Positions 1 to 10,043 of a stretch of DNA of 64,000 bases are shown piece after piece. Within the stretch, counting starts at the first letter, position 1, and every line of letters begins with the position of its first letter. A program made the position numbers and the translations under genes. The DNA is from Eledone cirrhosa (Eukaryota). The notes below the pieces were generated by a model. It was not told where the DNA came from. It ran no database searches and saw only the letters and a program-made list of their open reading frames with translations. Location: NCBI GenBank assembly GCA_964016885.1, contig OZ024742.1, positions 145,452,001 through 145,516,000 of the forward strand, written 5' to 3'.

Positions 1-1751
1 ACACTCCTCCGAGTATCTGCTGAGATGTCTATGCTCCTCTGGAATTTGTACAAATAAATATTCCTCTAGTGCTGTCTTCTTTCATGGTTTTCTTTTTAGT
101 GATCCACATCACAGCTGAATTACCCATAACTGAAAGGTTTTGCTGGAATATAAACTCATACCACAAATGTTTCCACATTACTATTTTATCTAGCCAAGTT
201 CATTTTCCTTATCTATTTTCATGTTGTTTTCTATTTCATTCACCCATTTCCTTCTTTCTTTGTTTTCTGGAGTAATTTGTCATCCACTGCTTGACAACAG
301 CTTCACCAGAACCGTTTCAAGGATGGAAATTATTGCTCTACTTTATCTGTTAACATACATCAACCACGATAAGAATGGAAAGCAGGTTTGGAATTTGGGA
401 AGCAAAGGTTTTATAGTGCAACTAATTTGCTTCAACAAGATGCAGTACGGGTTTCTGCCAGGATGAGATACATCTGATACCCTCTACTTTCACAAGCAAT
501 GCAGTGGGATTATAGGCATGCTGATAGAGAAGAAAGACTTTTCATATAGAGCAGCAGTAGTGGTAGCACCATATAGATTCATTAGATGCTTATGTTTTGT
601 TATTACTAACATATCATTACTTTTCATATGAATTCTTCTCATACCAACCTGTCTGAGACCACTTATAACACTTTAATTCAATCCTACCTATTTTTAAATA
701 TTTTTTTAGTTTCAAATAAAACCTTCCATCATAGTTTTATGTAAGAACCTCTTGTTAATTTCCAAATACAAGCTTAATATATTATACAAAAAATGCAAAA
801 TATTTTCATAAATTCTTTCAAATTCCTGATTATTTTCAAATGTATTGAAAATATGGTTATGAAATAGTTATAATTTGCTGGCAACAAAATACAACCATGA
901 TGTTTTCAATTTATTATTTTGTTTTTTTTTAAATGAAACCTCTTTTGACATTGATTTTCTTAATACCTCTCTGCAAGAGATATTTCCAACAATTAATATG
1001 CTTTAATCTTTTTGATACCAACCCAGCCAAAAATTGCCTTGCTGTTTAAATTAAAATCTCCTTACATAATTTTATTTAATTAACCACTTGTTAAGTTACA
1101 GTCTTAGTAATGAATAATTGATAATTTTAATAAATAGGGGGAACACACTTTTGTATTTGAACTTCATTTAACCTGTTGTGAAGCCAAACCTTCTCAAACA
1201 TGATCGTAAGTTTCATACTGTGTGTCCCTTTATTATTGTCTACAGCAAATTCCTTATTTCTACTGCAACAAGATAGATATCTATGGTGATATCTACCTGT
1301 CTCTCACACAGTCTCTCTCTCTCTTAACATTTCATGTCGGAAAAGAAGTTTTGGTTTACAAACATTTTGGGTGACAATTGGCTTTCAGGAATGAATTAAG
1401 TTTGTGAAATGAGGTCCATTGTGTATGTATATATATATATATACATATATATATGCAGTGGCAGACTAATCAGATCGTCAGCTTGCCTGATAGCAAGTGA
1501 GCACCTCTGGGCCCCACAGTAGTATTTTAGGGGCCAATACAAAAGATTTGCTTTCAAAGAATATATCAGAAAGTCCTGTAAAAAGAATAAAGATTAAAAA
1601 AATGAAATAAAACAGTTAAGCAAATCACTTGGTCAAACAATTCCCCAGGGAATTACTAGAAATCAAACTATATACTTAAGACAGCCAGAATCAATGCATA
1701 CATACAAAAAAATACTTGATTTGACCTACACAAACGAAATTTTATTTATTT

Positions 1752-1830
<79 letters not shown>
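1752..1830. repeat. (CT)n(TA)n microsatellite, left flank of the HHR tandem array
   Basis: Direct reading: ctctct... followed by tatata... Confidence 0.95.
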
Positions 1831-1833
<3 letters not shown>

Positions 1834-2009
1834 AGTATGCATGTATACGTACATACATATATGTATACAGACGTACAGTAGCATGCACATATATATATAT
1901 ATATATACATATATACATACATATGCATACAGGTACACATACATATATGCACGTATCAGTTTAGCGGCGCTAACGTCGCTTTGTTCGTTTGTAAACAAAC
2001 TGAACAGCC
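1829..2009 (-). repeat. Inverted partial copy of the 468-bp unit at the 5' end of the array
   Basis: Reverse complement of 2284-2464; joins the first unit through a GCC microhomology at 2007-2009. Confidence 0.9.
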
Positions 2010-2176
2010 ATACTAAGAGTGAGAAATGAAATTTCGTTTTCATTTTGTTTCAATTTATCGTTTTCGGTATGCCTGACCGATTTAACTCACTCAATATGCA
2101 AATTAGGCTGCTCAGCCGTTAATTTTCATAAGGAAAGTATATACTTTCGAACGTTCAACTATCTGGCAGATGGGTA

Positions 2177-2221
2177 AACGGTGCTGATGATAGCTAACAA
2201 GCTTGAAACTAGTACATCGTT
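2177..2221 (+). ncRNA. Minimal type I hammerhead ribozyme, array unit 1
   Basis: AACGGTG-CTGATGA-T-AGC(TAACAA)GCT-T-GAAA-CTAGTA-CATCGTT. Stem I AACGGTG/CATCGTT, intact CUGAUGA/GAAA core, palindromic ACTAGT stem III, GUA cleavage triplet ending at 2214. Confidence 0.88.
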
Positions 2222-2644
2222 CCTGTGTCAGTGTTGAACAAAAAGGTGACGTGGTTGCCTTAACACCGTATGGCATAAATTCAGGCTGTTCAGTTTGTTT
2301 ACAAACGAACAAAGCGACGTTAGCGCCGCTAAACTGATACGTGCATATATGTATGTGTACCTGTATGCATATGTATGTATATATGTATATATATATATAT
2401 ATATGTGCATGCTACTGTACGTCTGTATACATATATGTATGTACGTATACATGCATACTTACATTTAAGTAAGTGCCATACTAAGAGTGAGAAATGAAAT
2501 TTCGTTTTCATTTTGTTTCAATTTATCGTTTTCGGTATGCCTGACCGATTTAACTCACTCAATATGCAAATTAGGCTGCTCAGCCGTTAATTTTCATAAG
2601 GAAAGTATATACTTTCGAACGTTCAACTATCTGGCAGATGGGTA

Positions 2645-2689
2645 AACGGTGCTGATGATAGCTAACAAGCTTGAAACTAGTACATCGTT
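2645..2689 (+). ncRNA. Minimal type I hammerhead ribozyme, array unit 2
   Basis: Identical to 2177-2221 (+468). Confidence 0.88.
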
Positions 2690-3112
2690 CCTGTGTCAGT
2701 GTTGAACAAAAAGGTGACGTGGTTGCCTTAACACCGTATGGCATAAATTCAGGCTGTTCAGTTTGTTTACAAACGAACAAAGCGACGTTAGCGCCGCTAA
2801 ACTGATACGTGCATATATGTATGTGTACCTGTATGCATATGTATGTATATATGTATATATATATATATATATGTGCATGCTACTGTACGTCTGTATACAT
2901 ATATGTATGTACGTATACATGCATACTTACATTTAAGTAAGTGCCATACTAAGAGTGAGAAATGAAATTTCGTTTTCATTTTGTTTCAATTTATCGTTTT
3001 CGGTATGCCTGACCGATTTAACTCACTCAATATGCAAATTAGGCTGCTCAGCCGTTAATTTTCATAAGGAAAGTATATACTTTCGAACGTTCAACTATCT
3101 GGCAGATGGGTA

Positions 3113-3157
3113 AACGGTGCTGATGATAGCTAACAAGCTTGAAACTAGTACATCGTT
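3113..3157 (+). ncRNA. Minimal type I hammerhead ribozyme, array unit 3
   Basis: Identical to 2177-2221 (+936). Confidence 0.88.
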
Positions 3158-3580
3158 CCTGTGTCAGTGTTGAACAAAAAGGTGACGTGGTTGCCTTAAC
3201 ACCGTATGGCATAAATTCAGGCTGTTCAGTTTGTTTACAAACGAACAAAGCGACGTTAGCGCCGCTAAACTGATACGTGCATATATGTATGTGTACCTGT
3301 ATGCATATGTATGTATATATGTATATATATATATATATATGTGCATGCTACTGTACGTCTGTATACATATATGTATGTACGTATACATGCATACTTACAT
3401 TTAAGTAAGTGCCATACTAAGAGTGAGAAATGAAATTTCGTTTTCATTTTGTTTCAATTTATCGTTTTCGGTATGCCTGACCGATTTAACTCACTCAATA
3501 TGCAAATTAGGCTGCTCAGCCGTTAATTTTCATAAGGAAAGTATATACTTTCGAACGTTCAACTATCTGGCAGATGGGTA

Positions 3581-3625
3581 AACGGTGCTGATGATAGCTA
3601 ACAAGCTTGAAACTAGTACATCGTT
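3581..3625 (+). ncRNA. Minimal type I hammerhead ribozyme, array unit 4
   Basis: Identical to 2177-2221 (+1404). Confidence 0.88.
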
Positions 3626-4048
3626 CCTGTGTCAGTGTTGAACAAAAAGGTGACGTGGTTGCCTTAACTCCGTATGGCATAAATTCAGGCTGTTCAGTTT
3701 GTTTACAAACGAACAAAGCGACGTTAGCGCCGCTAAACTGATACGTGCATATATGTATGTGTACCTGTATGCATATGTATGTATATATGTATATATATAT
3801 ATATATATGTGCATGCTACTGTACGTCTGTATACATATATGTATGTACGTATACATGCATACTTACATTTAAGTAAGTGCCATACTAAGAGTGAGAAATG
3901 AAATTTCGTTTTCATTTTGTTTCAATTTATCGTTTTCGGTATGCCTGACCGATTTAACTCACTCAATATGCAAATTAGGCTGCTCAGCCGTTAATTTTCA
4001 TAAGGAAAGTATATACTTTCGAACGTTCAACTATCTGGCAGATGGGTA

Positions 4049-4093
4049 AACGGTGCTGATGATAGCTAACAAGCTTGAAACTAGTACATCGTT
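4049..4093 (+). ncRNA. Minimal type I hammerhead ribozyme, array unit 5
   Basis: Identical to 2177-2221 (+1872). Confidence 0.88.
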
Positions 4094-4392
4094 CCTGTGT
4101 CAGTGTTGAACAAAAAGGTGACGTGGTTGCCTTAACACCGTATGGCATAAATTCAGGCTGTTCAGTTTGTTTACAAACGAACAAAGCGACGTTAGCGCCG
4201 CTAAACTGATACGTGCATATATGTATGTGTACCTGTATGCATATGTATGTATATATGTATATATATATATATATATGTGCATGCTACTGTACGTCTGTAT
4301 ACATATATGTATGTACGTATACATGCATACTTACATTTAAGTAAGTGCCATACTAAGAGTGAGAAATGAAATTTCGTTTTCATTTTGTTTCA

Positions 4393-4426
<34 letters not shown>

Positions 4427-4721
4427 CATCAATACACTACCAATGATGAGTGGTCAGTTCTACAGTCAAAGTCCCTATGGAAAATGACAGGAAACAGAAT
4501 TCTTGTACAAGCTGAAAACAATTTATATATATATATATGTCATTTCTGAATTTGTTTAGCAAGATTCTTTATCTGAAAACGTGTGTTGAAACCGATATTG
4601 TTATACTCTGGGAGGGTCATGTTGCCAATAAGAAACACATGCACCAGTTGCTTTCACTTCAATTTATTATAAATTTCCGGTTGGTTGGTTGGTTCCACAA
4701 CCAGATGATTGTTCATATATT

Positions 4722-4764
4722 GTCAAAGTTCTTTCGTCACACATTCTGTGACCACTTCAGTGAC
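4722..4764 (-). ncRNA. Hammerhead ribozyme family C, core-mutated copy
   Basis: Reverse complement of 5319-5361, but the core reads CTGAAGT instead of CTGAAGA. Confidence 0.55.
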
Positions 4765-4926
4765 TGGGGATTCTTTTCTTTGTTTTTGTGCCTCTCCTTT
4801 GTTCTGTCCTACGCCATCTTGTTTTTGTGTGTGAACACACATGAATGGACCTGTTATTTTTATCTAAAGACATTTTTTCCAATTCCAGCTCGCCCGTCTC
4901 TTCAATCTATCTATTTTCTCATTCTT

Positions 4927-4962
4927 TCTTCTGATGAAGGACTAGTGTCTGAAACGTCAAGA
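4927..4962 (+). ncRNA. Minimal type I hammerhead ribozyme, family B
   Basis: TCTT-CTGATGA-A-GGAC(TAGT)GTCT-GAAACGTC-AAGA. Stem I TCTT/AAGA, stem II GGAC/GTCT, palindromic ACGT stem III, GUC triplet. Confidence 0.8.
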
Positions 4963-5114
4963 CCCTCTTCCTGCTATTTCAAGTGTTCCTTTCATATACT
5001 ATACTGATTGTGTTGTTATTTCTGTTTACCTTTTACATACATATATGTGTGTGAGCGTGAATTTAATAAACATTTATCGTACTGCCTCTCTGTTCTGTCC
5101 CTGTTCAATTTTTC

Positions 5115-5160
<46 letters not shown>

Positions 5161-5318
5161 TATATATACATATATATATGTTGTTTTACTTTGGGAGGGT
5201 CATGTTGCCAATAAGAAACACACGCACCAGTTTCTTTCACTTCAATTTATTATAAATTAAATTTATAAATTTAGGAATTTATAAAGGAGAGGCACAAGAA
5301 CAAAGAAAAGAATCCCCA

Positions 5319-5361
5319 GTCACTGAAGAGGTCACAGAATGTGTGACGAAAGAACTTTGAC
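5319..5361 (+). ncRNA. Minimal type I hammerhead ribozyme, family C
   Basis: GTCA-CTGAAGA-G-GTCAC(AGAATGT)GTGAC-GAAA-GAACTT-TGAC. Stem I GTCA/TGAC, 5-bp stem II, CUU triplet. Confidence 0.75.
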
Positions 5362-5534
5362 AATATATGAACAATCATCTGGTTGTGGAACCAACCAACC
5401 AACCGGTAATTTATAAATTCCTAAATTTATAAATTTAATTTATAATAAATTGAAGTGAAAGCAACTGGTGCGTGTGTTTCTTATTGGCAACATGACCCTC
5501 CCAAAGTATAACAACATATATATATGTATATATA

Positions 5535-5564
<30 letters not shown>

Positions 5565-5566
<2 letters not shown>

Positions 5567-6263
5567 GATAGATATAGATAGGTAAATATACACGGGTGTG
5601 TATGATTGTGTATAGAAGATTATATTAATAAGAGGAATTCCAACTTTGTCTGATTTACTCGTTTTATTTACAATCCTTTAAAATATATATAATGGTATTA
5701 TAATGAAATAGTATGATAGAATATTAAATTCTAAGTGTTAATTGAACAAGTACTTTCATGCTTTCGCAATCTTCAGGTTCATGATATGTGGTGACAGTCG
5801 AGTTTGCAATTTTCAATTGTAATGAGATGGGTAAATTTCCTACCTTTTATACATTTTATACAGAGAAAAGTGGCTCCAGAATGCAAAGCCCTGTAAACTG
5901 TATTTCGACCAATCAGTGTGTAGTTTCACTGAATTACTACAGCTGATTGGTTTAAGCGTCACGGCTGGTTGAGCATGCTAACGACCAATAGTCATATCCA
6001 ACGTATCAATTGTTTTGCTTTTTGAAATGATGAAAATAGCATTTTCTATTAATCATCACCATCAACATCACTTTTATTATTATTATTATTGTTGTTGTTG
6101 TTGTTAGTGGTCGTGGTCATAGTGGTAGTAGAAGTAATACCCCTAGGCGTTATTATTGTTCATTTAGCTTGGGTTTGAATTTATCAATAAAATTCTTTTC
6201 TTTGATTTTTCTCTTGATTTCACTTGGGCTGTGTAATTTGTAGAATGGGAATATTATAAATAT
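5565..6263 (-). repeat. 3' pseudo-LTR of the PLE
   Basis: Near-identical to 9766-10471 (offset 4199 before a (GTT)n length difference; few substitutions seen). Confidence 0.92.
5743..5781 (-). ncRNA. Minimal type I hammerhead ribozyme in 3' pLTR (family A)
   Basis: Minus strand TGAAC-CTGAAGA-T-TGC(GAAA)GCA-T-GAAA-GTACTT-GTTCA. Perfect 5-bp stem I, GNRA-capped stem II, palindromic AAGTACTT stem III, CUU triplet. Confidence 0.85.
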
Positions 6264-6845
6264 TCCCTGACCACATGTTGCCAGGTGGCCGCTTAGGGGT
6301 ATCTGACGGACATTTGGGTCTCTGATTTGTTGACGGTGTACCCGTGCACGTTCCGATAGTGCATTTCCAGTTTGACCGACATATAGTTCTTCACAATTCG
6401 GGCATTTAATGCAGTAAATTAGATTTCTGCTTTTGCAGTTCATATTTGCATTTGGGAATATTTTTCCAGTTTTTGTTTTCATATATTGACCGGCGTGTAT
6501 GGATTGACATGTGCCGCATCGATTATCATTGCATTTAGATACAGTGAATGATTGGTCTTTGTTGTTAAGGTCAAACTTTGCTTTTGTTAGCAATTGCTTC
6601 AAATTTTTTGGCTGTCTTTTACTAAGAGTCAAAGATCGATCTGTGATTAAGCCTTTTAATTCATTACTTTGAGCAATGATCGGTAGGTTTGCTTTGGCAG
6701 TGTTGAAGATATTCTGGTGACATGGGTTGTGTGTCATTATAAATGGTATGACCAGTTCTTGGTTTCCTCTTCCTTGGGTTGTTCTAAGTTGTTGTATAGG
6801 TATTTTTATAGCCCGCTGTATGCCATTTTCTATAAGTAGAGATGG
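6153..6845 (-). CDS. PLE linker Zn-finger plus GIY-YIG endonuclease (in-frame continuation of the RT after a TAG at 6846-6848)
   Basis: SKCNDNRCGTC linker; NCKSRNLIYCIKCPNCEELYVGQT (GIY-YIG with Cys motifs); ERARVH, GH, E...IDKFKPKLN. 36 open codons connect it to the RT frame. Confidence 0.9.
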   Translation of the reverse strand, partial: PSLLIENGIQRAIKIPIQQLRTTQGRGNQELVIPFIMTHNPCHQNIFNTAKANLPIIAQSNELKGLITDRSLTLSKRQPKNLKQLLTKAKFDLNNKDQSFTVSKCNDNRCGTCQSIHAGQYMKTKTGKIFPNANMNCKSRNLIYCIKCPNCEELYVGQTGNALSERARVHRQQIRDPNVRQIPLSGHLATCGQGIFIIFPFYKLHSPSEIKRKIKEKNFIDKFKPKLNEQ

Positions 6846-8481
6846 CTATTTTTGTTTGAGCAAAAATTCTCTTAGTTCTGTTAGGCGTTTGTACCTGGTA
6901 TTCGTATCTTCTACAATGGTACAAATTCTTCTGGCTAGGCAGTATGGGATGTTGTGTTTTGTATGAGGTGGATGGCACGACTTAAAATTCAGATATTGAT
7001 GGGTGTCTGTGTGTTTATAATATATATCCGTGGTAATGGTGGTGTCGTTTTTGATTATCATTATATCTAGGAATGGTAATTTGGTCCTACTCATCTCTTT
7101 TGTGAATTGGAGAGATGGGTGTAGGTTATTGAGGAGGATATTGAACTCATCCAGAGTATCTAGAGATTCTGTCCAGATGATGAAACAGTCGTCAAGGTAT
7201 CTCTTCCAAGATTTTTCAATGTACTTTCTAAAGTCAGTACTATATTTTTCCTCTATTTCTTGGTAGAGTTGTTGTTCTAAGTATCCCATTACAGAGTTCG
7301 CGTAAACGGGAGCAAACTTCGTTCCCATCGCTGTGCCTCTAATTTGGATGTAATTCTTTCCATTGAAGAAGAAAGTGTTGTTTTCCAGAATAAGTTTAAC
7401 TGCGTCTAATATAAATGGCGCTGTGAATCTAATGGGAATCACTTCTCTATGTTTTTCCACCCAGTATTTAACCGCCTTTATTCCTAAATCATGTGTAATG
7501 TTGGTGTAAAGGCTTACCACATCAAAACTGAGTAGAAGTGAATTCGTTTCCGTGGTTTTGGGAAGATGGGACAGGAAGTCGATATCATCCCGGATAAAAC
7601 TGGGTATGTGAATACATAGTGGTTTCAAAATACTGTCAACAAAATTGCTTAGACGGTGAGTGGGGCATGTTGGACCAGCTATAATAGGTCTAAGTTTTAA
7701 GTCTTTTGGGTGTAATAATTTAATGTACTCACTGTTTTGTTCTCTTACTGCCAGTTGTATTTCTTTTGACTTATGAACTTTCGGTAGGCCATACAGGTTG
7801 CTGGGTTTCGGCTCAAAATTGGTGATGTAGTCTCTTTCCTTATCAGTAAATGAGTTGTGGTATTTTGAAGCCAGGTTGTTGATCTTCTTCATGATGTTGT
7901 GGTCTATATTTGACGGTATTTCATGATAGAATGTTGTGTCTTTCAGTTGTTCCTCAACCAAATCCTTGTAGTATTCAGTATCCATTATAACAACTGCACC
8001 CCCTTTATCTGCTTGTTTAATTATTATTGTTTTATCATTTTGTATACGTTTAAGTGCAGACATTTCTGATTTGTTAATGTTTGGCCTAACATTAGTATTA
8101 TGTCTAAGAGGAAATTTAGACAGGATGTCAATGTATTGGTCGAGATAGATATTTCTTCCTTTTGGCGGAGTGAAATTTGATTTATTCTTTACTAGTGATT
8201 CATCACTCTCATTATTTTTATCAGCGAAGAATTCTACAAGACGTAATTTTCGACAGAATTCTTGGGTATCCTCCTTCAGTTCTTGGTGGTTGACTGTTGG
8301 AGTCGGTGTGAATTTCAGTCCTTTTTGACAGAATTTGCATTTCATCATTGTCGAGATCTCTTTTAGATAAATTAATTATTTTAGGATCTACGTCTACAGC
8401 TGTTTTGGGTATGTTTCCTCCTGGAGTTTTTCTTTTTCCGGTTTTTGTTGTCCTGACGTTAAAAAATGAATTTTTCTCTGT
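6846..8481 (-). CDS. PLE reverse transcriptase (apparent 1-nt insertion at 8322-8326; nonsense codon at 6846-6848)
   Basis: KQADKGGAVV, YGLPKVHK, LRPII, FDVVSLYTNI, QIRGTAMGTKFAP, RYLDD, LPFLD, YYKHTD, SCHP. Removing one A restores the N-terminal IINLSKRDLDNDEMQILSKGLKFTPTP motif, and that frame is open back to a TGA at 8482-8484. Confidence 0.93.
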
Positions 8482-9737
8482 TCAGGATTTATATTCCTGT
8501 TGGTGTTCGCTTGATGAACTTTTGGTCGTGATATTATATTTGGTTTCGTTATGTATTTTGTCCTATTTTTGGTATTCTGTATATTATTTTTCTTCCTGTT
8601 AGCATTATTTTTAACAATCTGGGAAAATGACCTAGGTTTGCTTTCAGGTTTAGATCGTTTTTTCGTCCAGTTTCTTGTGGGCAATCTCTGTTGAGATCTT
8701 GAGAGTGATCTGGTTATTCTACGTTTTGTTTCCACATTCCTTGTTGGTAGTCTCTGTTGAGATCTTGAGAATGATCTCCTGGTTTTACTACTTCTCATGG
8801 TCTGGTCAAAGGAATACCTATCGTGTTTGTGCTTTTTGTTCATGTTGTGTGCGATAGGGTGTTTTTGTAGAAAAAGCGAAGAGTTATTACCGTAGTTCTT
8901 CTTTGATTCAAGGTAAGGTGAGTGTTTGTGTTGGCACGTGTTCTGGCGTATGTTGTGTTGATGAGATTGTCCACTTTTAATGCTTTTTCTCAGGGTTCCA
9001 GAGTCTTTACCGTAATTTGCAGCATATTCATCGAGAAATAATTGTTTCTGCTGCCATACCTTTCTTGATTTGTTTTCTTCTTTTGAGATATCTCCGATCC
9101 ATAGTTCTCGTAGTTTTTCAGCTATAATACCAGTCGTTAGCTTTGAAATTTCAACTTCAATTTGGTCATCAATAGCTTCATATTTGGCTTTGTAGCGGGA
9201 TTGTTTACATTCAGAAATGGAGATGTCGGTCCTGAATTTTGTCAATGTAAGTTCCCATCGGAGTTTTGTTTCTTCTTCTGGTTCTCCTGCAATTTCTGTA
9301 ATTAGGTATTTACGAGGGAGTATGGGTGCCGTTAGAGAGAGCCATTTCGAATGTGTTTCGACATATTTTTCGCATCTGTATGCTTTCCAGAAATTTTGTT
9401 TTCTTATGTTAAGGAATTTTTTCCATGTCTTCCACATTTCTTTTCTTATTCGATGTGTTTTGTTTTCCAAATTTCTTTCGTTTATTTCTGACATCCAAGG
9501 GGGTTGTGGTAGGCTTTCTCTTGTATCTTTGATAACTGTTGGTATAATTTCAGCTAAATTCTTAATTTCAGAGTTTATATGTTCAGTTATAAGTTTTCCG
9601 TCTGTAGATTGTTTTTCTATTTCCTTTAAAATAGAGGATTGTGTGTCCATCATCGTGATAAGTGTTGATAATTTCGATGATATCTCCTTTAGAATTCTTT
9701 CTGATTCTGTTGGTTTCATTTGTTGCTTTCCAGACAT
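8394..9737 (-). CDS. PLE ORF1, 447 aa: predicted helical/coiled-coil N-half, very basic low-complexity C-terminus with a 22-aa duplication
   Basis: Intact ATG-TAG ORF between the 5' pLTR and the RT, overlapping the RT frame by ~90 nt; no domain recognised by eye. Confidence 0.8.
   Translation of the reverse strand: MSGKQQMKPTESERILKEISSKLSTLITMMDTQSSILKEIEKQSTDGKLITEHINSEIKNLAEIIPTVIKDTRESLPQPPWMSEINERNLENKTHRIRKEMWKTWKKFLNIRKQNFWKAYRCEKYVETHSKWLSLTAPILPRKYLITEIAGEPEEETKLRWELTLTKFRTDISISECKQSRYKAKYEAIDDQIEVEISKLTTGIIAEKLRELWIGDISKEENKSRKVWQQKQLFLDEYAANYGKDSGTLRKSIKSGQSHQHNIRQNTCQHKHSPYLESKKNYGNNSSLFLQKHPIAHNMNKKHKHDRYSFDQTMRSSKTRRSFSRSQQRLPTRNVETKRRITRSLSRSQQRLPTRNWTKKRSKPESKPRSFSQIVKNNANRKKNNIQNTKNRTKYITKPNIISRPKVHQANTNRNINPEQRKIHFLTSGQQKPEKEKLQEETYPKQL
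8460..8466 (-). promoter_or_regulatory. Candidate -1 ribosomal frameshift slippery heptamer U_UUU_UUA
   Basis: ORF1 codons CAT TTT TTA (H-F-L); a -1 slip enters TTT TTT AAC GTC..., the RT frame. Confidence 0.7.
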
Positions 9738-9941
9738 GTTGGCATATACACAATAGGAATATATATATAGATATAGATAGGTAAATATACACGGGTGTGT
9801 ATGATTGTGTATAGAAGATTATATTAATAAGAGGAATTCCAACTTTGTCTGATTTACTCGTTTTATTTACAATCCTTTAAAATATATATAATGGTATTAT
9901 AATGAAATAGTATGATAGAATATTAAATTCTAAGTGTTAAT

Positions 9942-9980
9942 TGAACAAGTACTTTCATGCTTTCGCAATCTTCAGGTTCA
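9942..9980 (-). ncRNA. Minimal type I hammerhead ribozyme in 5' pLTR (family A)
   Basis: Identical to 5743-5781. Confidence 0.85.
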
Positions 9981-10043
9981 TGATATGTGGTGACAGTCGA
10001 GTTTGCAATTTTCAACTGTAATGAGATGGGTAAATTTCCTACC

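Larger units (their letters stand above)
2007..4399 (+). mobile_element. Tandem array of 5 x 468-bp units plus a ~50-bp partial unit, each with a hammerhead ribozyme (retrozyme / non-autonomous PLE pLTR multimer)
   Basis: Units start at 2007, 2475, 2943, 3411, 3879, 4347. The ORF track repeats every 468 nt. Only one substitution seen (copy 4, ~3669). Flanked by (TA)n on both sides. Confidence 0.9.
4598..5515. mobile_element. Fold-back cluster of PLE-derived pLTR fragments (family C: 4598-4806, 5180-5285, 5286-5515; a family B copy at ~4839-5050)
   Basis: 4598-4806 is the reverse complement of parts of 5286-5515; 5180-5283 is inverted relative to 5408-5515; two different HHR motifs are present. 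Confidence 0.7.

Noticed and set aside
1726-4383. Repeating 60-105 aa ORFs rich in YIYI/HIYI
   Set aside because: Translations of (TA)n/(TATG)n tracts in the 468-bp units; no coding signal
2007-4399. CRISPR-like or ordinary satellite interpretation of the array
   Set aside because: No unique spacers and a eukaryotic context; the ribozyme, inverted 5' copy and tail fit a PLE-related origin better
6846-6848. Programmed stop-codon readthrough between RT and endonuclease
   Set aside because: A single substitution from a Tyr codon in the conserved YP motif explains it more simply
8340-8348. ATG of the ORF-track RT (MMKCKFCQK) as the real start
   Set aside because: Produced by the 1-nt insertion at 8322-8326; the conserved INLS...LSKGLKF motif lies in another frame upstream
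9217-9756. 179-aa plus-strand ORF and other antisense ORFs over the PLE and RTE
   Set aside because: Shadows of the coding strand; no independent motifs
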